From IMG/VR virus record IMGVR_UViG_3300045988_146093: 13,196 nucleotides of DNA, one strand, 5' to 3'. Position 1 is the first letter of the stretch. Every line of letters begins with the position of its first letter. A program made the translations under genes and the position numbers. The DNA comes from a virus. Of the stretch, positions 6,061 through 13,166 are shown piece by piece. Under the pieces are notes generated by a model. The model saw only the letters and a list, made by a program, of their open reading frames with translations. It did no database searches and was not told the origin of the DNA.

Positions 6061-6078
6061 AGTTGCAACGTTGCAACT
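6061..6078. promoter_or_regulatory. Perfect 18-bp palindrome upstream of the tail module
   Basis: Exact AGTTGCAACGTTGCAACT. It ends 18 nt before ATG 6097, with SD GAGGTGA in between. Confidence 0.92.
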
Positions 6079-6096
6079 ATATTGAGGTGAGAAAAA

Positions 6097-6597
6097 ATGC
6101 CAATTATAACAACGTATCAATGTTCGCAGGATGTGAGAACTATTCAGAAAACAGTAACAAATCCAGTTGAATATAATTGTGAAATACTAAATAGTATGAA
6201 CAGTTTTTCACCCCGTATAAGATTATTCTGTACGTCTGAAACGTTCAACGCAAATATGACTTATATACCATTTTTTGATAAATTTTATCACATAATTTCA
6301 GCAGACGTTGAGAGTGCAGAAACCATTATTTTACAATGTGAGTTTGATATATTCACATATTCAGTAGCACTATTATCTAGCGAATTTTTAGTTACTAGAA
6401 ATGAAAATATTGGAAGTACATATATTCCTGATACAATGTTACCATTAAAAGGTAATAAGGAAATGAAAGTAATTGAATTTACTGGCGGTGATTTTAACCT
6501 AGACACTGCCACGGCAAACAGTTACAATTTTGTACTAAATGTAGCAGGTGGCGGAAGTAATCAAGGAACGGCGGAGAACGGGGGGCTAATAAAATGA
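6097..6597 (+). CDS. Tail knob N-terminal-domain-like protein (stand-alone)
   Basis: The segment NMTYIPFFDKFYHIISADVESAETIILQCEFDIFTYSVALLSSEFLVTRNE resembles the N-terminal region of phi29 gp9 as I recall it ([58 protein letters not shown]). An ATGA overlap links it to the next ORF. Confidence 0.55.
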   Translation: MPIITTYQCSQDVRTIQKTVTNPVEYNCEILNSMNSFSPRIRLFCTSETFNANMTYIPFFDKFYHIISADVESAETIILQCEFDIFTYSVALLSSEFLVTRNENIGSTYIPDTMLPLKGNKEMKVIEFTGGDFNLDTATANSYNFVLNVAGGGSNQGTAENGGLIK

Positions 6598-8642
6598 AAC
6601 TAAATACGGAAATATGGGGAACGGGTGAACAAATATCAGGTGCTCCACAAGGTTTTAAAGGATTAAGAGCAGATTTTCCAAGATTAGCTGAATGGATTGA
6701 TCAAGGAAAAGTTACACTAAACCAACATTTTGACCAATCATTTTTAATCGGAATAAATTTCAAAAATCCAAATTCTATAATGATGTGGTGTGATAGCTAC
6801 AATCGTGACCCCTCATTGAATACATTTTCTGACCCTATCGACACGGGAGTGTTTTTGGCAGGTACTGACGAAATGTCACGTTATGGCTCATACCCGGAAG
6901 TTTTACGGTGGAGAGTTGCATATGACCAAACAGAAACACCATATATCAATTATAAACCTCTTTTGAAATTTCCATTTAAAGGGCTGTGCTTTTTGCCAAT
7001 TATATATTCGTGTACTAACAAAGCAGTTACTAACCATTTACACAAGTTTTCAATAAATGATTATTATAATGGTGAAAATGAAAATACATACCCTTATATA
7101 GTAGGAATTGAATTATGTCCATATATTGGAAACGCAACTACAAGAGGGTTCTATTTAGATGGTTATATCGGTAGAATATCACCATGTATGTACGGGGATT
7201 TCCAAAATTTTAGAAAAGATACCTTATATACTAACGCCGAAATGTTTCCTATGGGTGGAAATTTATTTACAGACCGTTTAACATGGGGATTAATGAATGA
7301 AGATGTATACTATCATACAGGATTTAACACATTTGATTGGATAGCAAACACTCCCTATGGTGAAAAATTATGGGAATTTGTGGCAGGAATAAGAGTGCAT
7401 ACACATTTTAAGGGAACTAAAAATGATATTTTAAAAATGTGTGCAAATACGGGGTGTTATTGTGCGTTATCTGAAAATGCGGCTAAACGTGATGATTTAA
7501 ATAATCCTAGTAACAATATAATTATTGGAAAAATGAGTGAAGATGGTTCAATTTCCGATACTGTTTTGCAAGGTGAGGATATTAAAGATAACACACAGCA
7601 AGACAAATGGAATGACCCTGACGACACAGGAAACGGATTTGACGGCATTGAAAATACTGACCCAAATGACTACACAGACAAAATAGATTTGAATAAGCCT
7701 ACATTATCAAATGTAAACGTTTTTAACCGCAGTTTTGCAGTTAATGCAAATACTGTAAAAAATTTGGCTGATTTTTTATGGAACGCTGACGAAACTAAAT
7801 TTCAAGAAATTGTAAAAGGATTAGCATTAATGGGTGAAAATCCAATGAATGGTATAATTGATTTGCGTTTATTTCCGTTTAATGTAGCTTTGAAAAATTC
7901 TGCCATGCAAGCAGAACCCATTGTAATAGGCAGAACAAACACGGGTGTAAACGGTATCAAATTAACTGAAAATGTAAACAGTTTGATTGACCTAGGTGAA
8001 TGCACATTTTTCACTAAATTCAAAAATTTCCTAGATTATGAACCATACACGACAGCACAACTATATATTCCATATATTGGCGTTGTACCAGTTTCGACAG
8101 CTGAATTTATGGGGCATAGAATATCGGTTAAAATGATAGTTGACTATACCACGGGGGCAGGAACAGCAATTGTATTTAAAGACGATATACCATTTATTTA
8201 CAGAAATGGTGTAGTAGGTGTATCAGTTCCAATGACTGGAAATGACAGTGCAAGCTATGCAAATACAGTTATCGGAAATGTAGTTAGTGGTGCTATAGGC
8301 GGTGTAACATCAATTGCTAACGGAAATATAGGCGGTATGGTTAGCAGTGCTGAAAAATTGTATAGCGGTTTTGCAACTGGTACAAATTACCAAGAAGCAA
8401 GTGCAAGTTCTCCGTCTGTTGCAACGTGGCAACCGCAAAAATGTTATTTCATAATTGACCGTCCTATTTTAAATGTGCCTGATAATTACGGGCGAACGAT
8501 TGGTTTTGCGTGTGAAAAAACTGGTAAACTATCAGATTTTAAGGGTTTTACAGTTGTTAGCAACCCTGAAATAAATTTCAGATGTACAGACAGTGAAAGA
8601 CAATATATAGTAAATATGTTACAAGGCGGTGTATTTGTATGA
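6594..8642 (+). CDS. Tail knob / distal tail protein: gp9-like C-terminal half preceded by an unrecognised domain of about 330 aa
   Basis: C-terminal similarity by eye to phi29 gp9: YEPYTTAQLYIPYIGVVPVSTAEFMGHRISVKMIVDYTTG vs [38 protein letters not shown]; a Gly-rich loop VSGAIGGVTSIANGNIGGMVSS vs VGMLGGGVSAGASAVG; and a terminal ...GFACEKTGKLSDFKGFTVVSNPEINFRCTDSERQYIVNMLQGGVFV block with the same layout as the gp9 C-terminus. I do not recognise residues 1-330. Confidence 0.7.
   Translation: MKLNTEIWGTGEQISGAPQGFKGLRADFPRLAEWIDQGKVTLNQHFDQSFLIGINFKNPNSIMMWCDSYNRDPSLNTFSDPIDTGVFLAGTDEMSRYGSYPEVLRWRVAYDQTETPYINYKPLLKFPFKGLCFLPIIYSCTNKAVTNHLHKFSINDYYNGENENTYPYIVGIELCPYIGNATTRGFYLDGYIGRISPCMYGDFQNFRKDTLYTNAEMFPMGGNLFTDRLTWGLMNEDVYYHTGFNTFDWIANTPYGEKLWEFVAGIRVHTHFKGTKNDILKMCANTGCYCALSENAAKRDDLNNPSNNIIIGKMSEDGSISDTVLQGEDIKDNTQQDKWNDPDDTGNGFDGIENTDPNDYTDKIDLNKPTLSNVNVFNRSFAVNANTVKNLADFLWNADETKFQEIVKGLALMGENPMNGIIDLRLFPFNVALKNSAMQAEPIVIGRTNTGVNGIKLTENVNSLIDLGECTFFTKFKNFLDYEPYTTAQLYIPYIGVVPVSTAEFMGHRISVKMIVDYTTGAGTAIVFKDDIPFIYRNGVVGVSVPMTGNDSASYANTVIGNVVSGAIGGVTSIANGNIGGMVSSAEKLYSGFATGTNYQEASASSPSVATWQPQKCYFIIDRPILNVPDNYGRTIGFACEKTGKLSDFKGFTVVSNPEINFRCTDSERQYIVNMLQGGVFV
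8417..8434. promoter_or_regulatory. Palindrome variant tGTTGCAACGTgGCAACc inside the tail knob CDS
   Basis: 3 mismatches (motif positions 1, 12, 18). It encodes S-V-A-T-W-Q-P. Confidence 0.6.
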
Positions 8643-9190
8643 TGAATGAACATTTTGCAAGCGGTTTAACAAATGAGCAATTAAAAGCTGAGATTTTAAG
8701 GCAAGGGCGTAAAGCAAATTTACGCCTAAACCAATTGAAAAAAAGTGGGTATTACAAGAAAAACCCTATAATTATGGCGAAATGGAATACATTTCTAAAA
8801 GAAAACAAATTTTCAACTAAAAATAATTTTTTCAAAACGGGTTCAAAGGACGAAAACCGTGCAGATTTGTTAAAACATTATGTACAGATTAGACAGTTTT
8901 TAGGGCAACAAACGAGTGTAGCTGACACGAAAAAAATCATACACAAACACGCTTTGCGTTTGGAAGTTGAAGATGATACCGTTGAACGTGTACTAGAATT
9001 TTATGGAAATAATTCAATTTTAGGACAGCTGTCTAATAGTGATTATGCACAACAATTTGTGCGTGATATGGTCACAAAGGGATTTAATGATGATGAAATT
9101 AATGTGGTGTTAGATACCCTTGAAAAATCTGCAAAAACTGAAAGTGATATGACAGACTCTATGAGAAATTTTCTACAAACATTAGAATAG
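8639..9190 (+). CDS. Putative terminal protein (replication primer)
   Basis: It lies directly upstream of the protein-primed polymerase, as phi29 gene 3 does relative to gene 2. It has a basic N-terminal third (RQGRKANLRLNQLKKSGYYKK, loosely like phi29 TP KNTKAKIARTKKKYG) and an acidic C-terminus. At 183 aa it is shorter than phi29 TP (266 aa). The homology is weak. Confidence 0.5.
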   Translation: MMNEHFASGLTNEQLKAEILRQGRKANLRLNQLKKSGYYKKNPIIMAKWNTFLKENKFSTKNNFFKTGSKDENRADLLKHYVQIRQFLGQQTSVADTKKIIHKHALRLEVEDDTVERVLEFYGNNSILGQLSNSDYAQQFVRDMVTKGFNDDEINVVLDTLEKSAKTESDMTDSMRNFLQTLE

Positions 9191-9206
9191 TTGCAACGTT
9201 GCAACT
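9189..9206. promoter_or_regulatory. Perfect 18-bp palindrome upstream of the DNA polymerase gene
   Basis: Exact match. It overlaps the TAG stop of the preceding ORF (9188-9190) and ends 22 nt before TTG 9229, with SD AAAGGGG in between. Confidence 0.92.
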
Positions 9207-9228
9207 ATTTTGTAAAGGGGTGTAATAG

Positions 9229-11367
9229 TTGATAAATGTAAATGATTTTGATTTTAATATTCTAAAAAATAGTAATTTACAAACAGTTACAACCCGTACA
9301 CGGGATAATCAATATATTGAATATTATAATACCCCGTTTGCGTTTGATATTGAAACTAGCTCATTTTATGACAGCGAAAACAAAAGAGCGTGTATGTATA
9401 TTTTTATGTTTGCATTAAACGGAAACTATGTATACGGCAGGACATGGGAAGATTTTGATTTTACATTGAATAAGTTAAAAGAGGTACTACAATTAAATGA
9501 ATACAGAAGAATTATAATATATATTCACAATTTAGGTTATGAATTTCAATTTCTAATCGGTCATGAGCAGTTCAAAGACGTTTTTGCAAGAAATGCTCGC
9601 CACCCTATTAAGTGTACTATGAATGACTGTTTTGATTTGAAATGTAGTCTAATGCTGAGTGGTATGAGTTTAGCTAAAACCGCAGAAGATTTGACAAGTG
9701 TAAAAATACAAAAATTAACAGGTGATTTAAACTATAAACTATTAAGAACATGGAGAACTCCACTTACCAAAAATGAATTGGCATATTGTGAGCATGACGT
9801 TAAAATTTTACACTATTTTATTCTTGAAGAAATGAGTAAAAATGATAACAATATCACAAAAATCCCATTAACAAAAACGGGGTATGTAAGAAAATATTGC
9901 CAAAACTACATTAAGAAACATACATATTATCCAAAATATAGAGAAAAAATTAAGAAGATAGCCCCAGTTGATAAAGATTTATTTTGCCTATTGCACAAAA
10001 GTTTCATGGGTGGATATACTCATTCGAATTATATGTATGTAGGAATGGTATTGGAAAATGTTGCTAGTATAGATTTTACAAGTTCCTATCCGTCCGTTAT
10101 GATACGAAAAAAGTACCCCATGCAACCATTTACAAAACCCCGTATAAAGGATTTAAAAGATTTTAGATATTGTATTAAAAATTATCCGTGCGTTTTTGAA
10201 GTTGAATTAACTAACGTTACCGCTAAAAAATGCAATCATATTTTGTCACGTTCAAAATGTTCTGTTTGTGATAATGCTGTTGTTGATAATGGACGAATTG
10301 TATCAGCAGATAGGATATTTACATATTTTACAGATGTTGACTTTAAGGACTTTGAACAATTTTATTCTTATGAACATTTGTCAATTGGCAATTTTTACAC
10401 GTCTAGTTATGGATATTTGCCAAAACAGATTATAGAATGTGCGTTAAAATTTTACAACGACAAAACCACCCTAAAAGGTGTAGCAGGAAAAGAAGTTGAG
10501 TATCTAGTCGGCAAAGGTATGCTAAATAGTTTATTTGGAATGTGCGTAACCAATCCTGTTAATGATGATATTGTTTTTAATGGCAAAGAATGGAACACAG
10601 AAAAGAAAGATATTTCAGAAGCATTACAAGAAAATTACATAAAGAATAAAAAACAAGTATTAGTATATCAGTGGGGTGTGTGGATTACTGCATGGGCTAG
10701 GCACGAACTTTTTAAAGGTATATTGAAAATTAATGAAGATGTTATTTATTGTGATACGGATAGTATAAAATTCTTAAACTATGAAAATTATGAAAACTGG
10801 ATAAATGAATATAATAAGAATTGTATTAATGAGATAAACAAGGCTTTAAATTATTATGAAATCGATTTGAATTTAGCTAAACCAAAAACAATTAAGGGCA
10901 TTAAAAAACCGTTAGGGGTATGGGATTTTGAGGGAATTTATTCAAAATTCAAGACTTTAGGTGCAAAGCGTTACGCTTATGAACAAGACGGGAAATTTAA
11001 TATTACAGTTTCAGGACTAAATAAAAAATGTGCCGTTCCGTACATAGTTGCAACGTCGCAACCGTTTGAATTTTTTGACAATGAAATGTATATACCGAAA
11101 GAGTATACGGGCAAAAATACATTGACATATATTAATGACCCATACAAAATTATGGTAAAAGACTATCAAGGAAATTATGCCGAGGTATCTGAAAATAGTT
11201 ACATACATATGGAAGAACAGGATTATAACATGGCACTATCCGAACAATTCATATATTATTTAATGTGTGGTACAAATTTCGGTAGTGGTGCAAAAGAGCA
11301 TACATTATTTGAGAAAAGCCAAGAATTGGCTACAAATTTCTGGGAGTGTGATTTTAATGAGAAATGA
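9229..11367 (+). CDS. Protein-primed family-B DNA polymerase (phi29 gp2 type)
   Basis: All hallmark motifs are present: ExoI FAFDIETSS; ExoII YIHNLGYEFQFL; ExoIII YCEHDVKIL; motif A DFTSSYPSVM; motif B KGMLNSLFGM; WGVWITAWARH (phi29 MGVFITAWARY); motif C VIYCDTDSIKF; KxY GAKRYAY. The start is TTG with SD AAAGGGG 8 nt upstream. Confidence 0.97.
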   Translation: MINVNDFDFNILKNSNLQTVTTRTRDNQYIEYYNTPFAFDIETSSFYDSENKRACMYIFMFALNGNYVYGRTWEDFDFTLNKLKEVLQLNEYRRIIIYIHNLGYEFQFLIGHEQFKDVFARNARHPIKCTMNDCFDLKCSLMLSGMSLAKTAEDLTSVKIQKLTGDLNYKLLRTWRTPLTKNELAYCEHDVKILHYFILEEMSKNDNNITKIPLTKTGYVRKYCQNYIKKHTYYPKYREKIKKIAPVDKDLFCLLHKSFMGGYTHSNYMYVGMVLENVASIDFTSSYPSVMIRKKYPMQPFTKPRIKDLKDFRYCIKNYPCVFEVELTNVTAKKCNHILSRSKCSVCDNAVVDNGRIVSADRIFTYFTDVDFKDFEQFYSYEHLSIGNFYTSSYGYLPKQIIECALKFYNDKTTLKGVAGKEVEYLVGKGMLNSLFGMCVTNPVNDDIVFNGKEWNTEKKDISEALQENYIKNKKQVLVYQWGVWITAWARHELFKGILKINEDVIYCDTDSIKFLNYENYENWINEYNKNCINEINKALNYYEIDLNLAKPKTIKGIKKPLGVWDFEGIYSKFKTLGAKRYAYEQDGKFNITVSGLNKKCAVPYIVATSQPFEFFDNEMYIPKEYTGKNTLTYINDPYKIMVKDYQGNYAEVSENSYIHMEEQDYNMALSEQFIYYLMCGTNFGSGAKEHTLFEKSQELATNFWECDFNEK
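11046..11063. promoter_or_regulatory. Palindrome variant AGTTGCAACGTcGCAACc inside the polymerase CDS
   Basis: 2 mismatches (motif positions 12, 18). It encodes I-V-A-T-S-Q-P, the same frame as the 8417 copy. Confidence 0.75.
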
Positions 11368-12448
11368 ATACTATTCACTAAAAAAGATTAATAAGTTAAA
11401 TGCACTATACAATTTAATTATAGGGCAACGTTCAAACGGTAAAACTTATGCAGTGTGTGAGCAGGAAATAAAAGGTTACTTTAAAGAAGATTTTCGGCTT
11501 GCGTATATAAGACGATATGATGAGGAAATAATGCCCAAAAATATACAGAATTTATTTAAACCGCATTCGGCTTTAATTGAAAAATTATCTAACGGGCAGT
11601 TTAACAGCACTGTATACAAGAATAGGGAGTTTTTCCTATATAATACAGATACGGAAGAAAAAAGCGAACAAAGTTTTTGCAAGTGTTTTTCGCTTAACGC
11701 ATGGGAACGTACAAAAGGTGCTGATAATGGCTACTTTAAATATATATTATTTGACGAATTCATGACCCGTTCGTTTTATCTTAATAATGAATTTGTTATA
11801 TTTACTCAACTTTTATCTTCTGTTATGCGTGATAGAGATAACACTATTATTTACATGATTGCAAATACTGTCAATCAATACTGCCCTTATTTTGCTGAAA
11901 TGGGTTTAGGCAAAATTTCAGATATTAAACAGGGTGACTTGAAATTATTTACATATGGTGATAGTGAATTAACCTTAGCTTTAGAATACTCAGACAGCAG
12001 AGGTCAAACTGGAAAAGTTAGTAAATACTTTGCGTTTGACAACCCACAATTGAAAATGATAACCACGGGGCAGTGGGAGATTAAAAACTACCCACACGCC
12101 CCATTTAAGATTCAAAAGGAAAATATTGTATATAGAGCTTATATATTTTTTGATAGTGACATTATAGCTTGTAATATTATACATTATAACAATAACGTAT
12201 TTCTATTTTTTAACATTCAAACAAAAACGGAAAATCTCGATTTAAAAAAGAGGATTGTATACAGTTTTGAAACTGATACGAACCCCCTACACGTCCAGTC
12301 ACTAGCAGAACAGCCGACAGACGTACATAAACTTATTAATAATTTAATAACATTTAATCGTGTGTTCTATGCGGATAATTCAGTAGGTGAAATTGTTAGA
12401 AACTGGATAAACGCACAAAGCAAGCACGCTATTAGCATAAGGGCATAA
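11357..12448 (+). CDS. DNA encapsidation ATPase (phi29 gp16 family)
   Basis: The ORF track gives 11267..12448. ATG 11357 overlaps the polymerase stop by 11 nt and gives MRNEYYSLKKINKLNALYNLIIGQRSNGKTYAV, collinear with phi29 gp16 (...YDRILNFVIGARGIGKSYAMK). Walker A is GQRSNGKT and Walker B is YILFDEF. Confidence 0.92.
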   Translation: MRNEYYSLKKINKLNALYNLIIGQRSNGKTYAVCEQEIKGYFKEDFRLAYIRRYDEEIMPKNIQNLFKPHSALIEKLSNGQFNSTVYKNREFFLYNTDTEEKSEQSFCKCFSLNAWERTKGADNGYFKYILFDEFMTRSFYLNNEFVIFTQLLSSVMRDRDNTIIYMIANTVNQYCPYFAEMGLGKISDIKQGDLKLFTYGDSELTLALEYSDSRGQTGKVSKYFAFDNPQLKMITTGQWEIKNYPHAPFKIQKENIVYRAYIFFDSDIIACNIIHYNNNVFLFFNIQTKTENLDLKKRIVYSFETDTNPLHVQSLAEQPTDVHKLINNLITFNRVFYADNSVGEIVRNWINAQSKHAISIRA

Positions 12449-12487
12449 AAATAACCCCGTGAGTTTTTTCTCACGGGGTTATTTTTT
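12449..12487. terminator. Bidirectional rho-independent terminator between convergent genes
   Basis: AAATAACCCCGTGAG (12449-12463), loop TTTTTT, CTCACGGGGTTATTT (12470-12484): a 15-bp stem with a GC core, flanked by an A-run upstream and a T-run downstream, so a U-tract follows the hairpin on both strands. Confidence 0.88.
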
Positions 12488-12488
12488 G

Positions 12489-12773
12489 TTATATCACATA
12501 ATCCCTTAACACTGCTTGAATGTTTGTCATAGTAGGTTTTACATATTCCTTGTCGTAAACGTCACATAGTAAATCACTTATGTTTTCATATCTATTGTAA
12601 CCACTTAAAACTCTCTCTTGATTATCTAAAAACCACTCAACAGTTGCACAAGCAACTGTATTTGTTACAATATCAAATATAATCATTACAATTGGCTCAC
12701 CTGACTTATTTGCACTGTTATATCTGCCTACTGCCTTTTTAATTCCTTTAACCTCTGTACCATTAATTTTCAT
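12489..12773 (-). CDS. Hypothetical 94-aa protein, the only minus-strand gene, driven by the right-ITR promoter
   Basis: From the ORF track. SD GAAAGGA lies 9 nt upstream of the ATG. It is bracketed by the perfect palindrome/ITR promoter and the bidirectional terminator. I recognise no family motif. Confidence 0.75.
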   Translation of the reverse strand: MKINGTEVKGIKKAVGRYNSANKSGEPIVMIIFDIVTNTVACATVEWFLDNQERVLSGYNRYENISDLLCDVYDKEYVKPTMTNIQAVLRDYVI

Positions 12774-12790
12774 AATAATCGTTCCTTTCT

Positions 12791-12808
12791 AGTTGCAACG
12801 TTGCAACT
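12791..12808. promoter_or_regulatory. Perfect 18-bp palindrome straddling the right ITR boundary
   Basis: Exact match. Its left half (12791-12800) lies outside the perfect ITR and its right half inside. It ends 17 nt from the minus-strand start codon at 12773. Confidence 0.92.
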
Positions 12809-12823
12809 TTTAAAATTTTGTTT

Positions 12824-12856
12824 GTTAAGGTTTTTCTTTTGTTCCTCTCCCTTAAC
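12824..12856 (-). other. Leader stem-loop of the right ITR transcript (mirror of 341-373)
   Basis: Identical sequence by ITR symmetry. Confidence 0.5.
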
Positions 12857-12865
12857 TCTATATAT

Positions 12866-12894
12866 AGTATATCACACCACACCGCAATTGTCAA
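12866..12894 (-). promoter_or_regulatory. Near-consensus sigma-A promoter inside the right ITR, firing inward
   Basis: Mirror of 303-331. On the minus strand it reads TTGACA (12894-12889), a 17-nt spacer, TATACT (12871-12866). Confidence 0.75.
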
Positions 12895-13002
12895 TGAATA
12901 AATTGTAAACATTATATTTTTCTTTTATGTATTTGTTAATTCTATTTAACTAAATATTTTTGCTCTTTATTGCGTAAGGGTATTATTTTTATTTTCTAAT
13001 CT

Positions 13003-13166
13003 GTCCAATTATTTGTACACTTTATCAGTCCAATTATTTGTACTCGCCAACTGTCCAATTATTTGTACTCGCTTCACCGCTTTAACACTTTACTACACTA
13101 AAGCATTGCTGTCTTGCTTTATCACTTTAGCACTTTAGCACTTTACCATGCTAAAGTGGGAAAGTG
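13003..13166 (-). repeat. Mirror copies of the terminal iteron arrays
   Basis: GTCCAATTATTTGTAC at 13003-13018, 13028-13043 and 13053-13068. CACTTTA(G/C)-type octamers at 13070-13093 and 13123-13146, with inverted copies out to 13166. Confidence 0.88.

Noticed and set aside
6046-6083. TTGCAA halves of the palindrome acting as -35 boxes of sigma-A promoters
   Set aside because: No copy has a -10-like hexamer at 16-18 nt. For example, at 6061 the TATATT lies only 9 nt after the first TTGCAA and 26 nt after the upstream half-site. The downstream sequence is always the SD, not a -10.
9189-9213. Palindrome plus downstream T-rich sequence (ACTATTTTGT; also 12791-12820 ACTTTTAAAATTTTG) as intrinsic terminators
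   Set aside because: Only two of the copies are followed by T-rich sequence. The stem is short and AU-rich compared with the clear terminator at 12449-12487. Termination at 9206 would cut off the polymerase and ATPase genes, which have no evident promoter of their own. Weak attenuation cannot be excluded.
6288-12184. Antisense or off-frame track ORFs in the tail, polymerase and ATPase genes (6288..6512-, 7457..7648-, 7802..8023-, 11017..11208-, 11476..11682-, 11577..11765+, 11990..12184-)
   Set aside because: For the same reasons, these are shadow ORFs within confidently assigned genes.
389-12808. Repeated palindromes as a CRISPR array
   Set aside because: Copies are 0.5-2.4 kb apart, some lie inside genes, the unit is a perfect palindrome of only 18 bp, and there are no regular short spacers or cas genes.
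389-12808. Palindrome as a catabolite-responsive element (cre) or a canonical Bacillus parS
   Set aside because: The half-site length and spacing do not fit. The cre form TGWNANCGNTNWCA and parS TGTTNCACGTGAAACA are 14-16 bp with different positions around the central CG. The resemblance is only in general layout, so it is used as an analogy and not as an identification.
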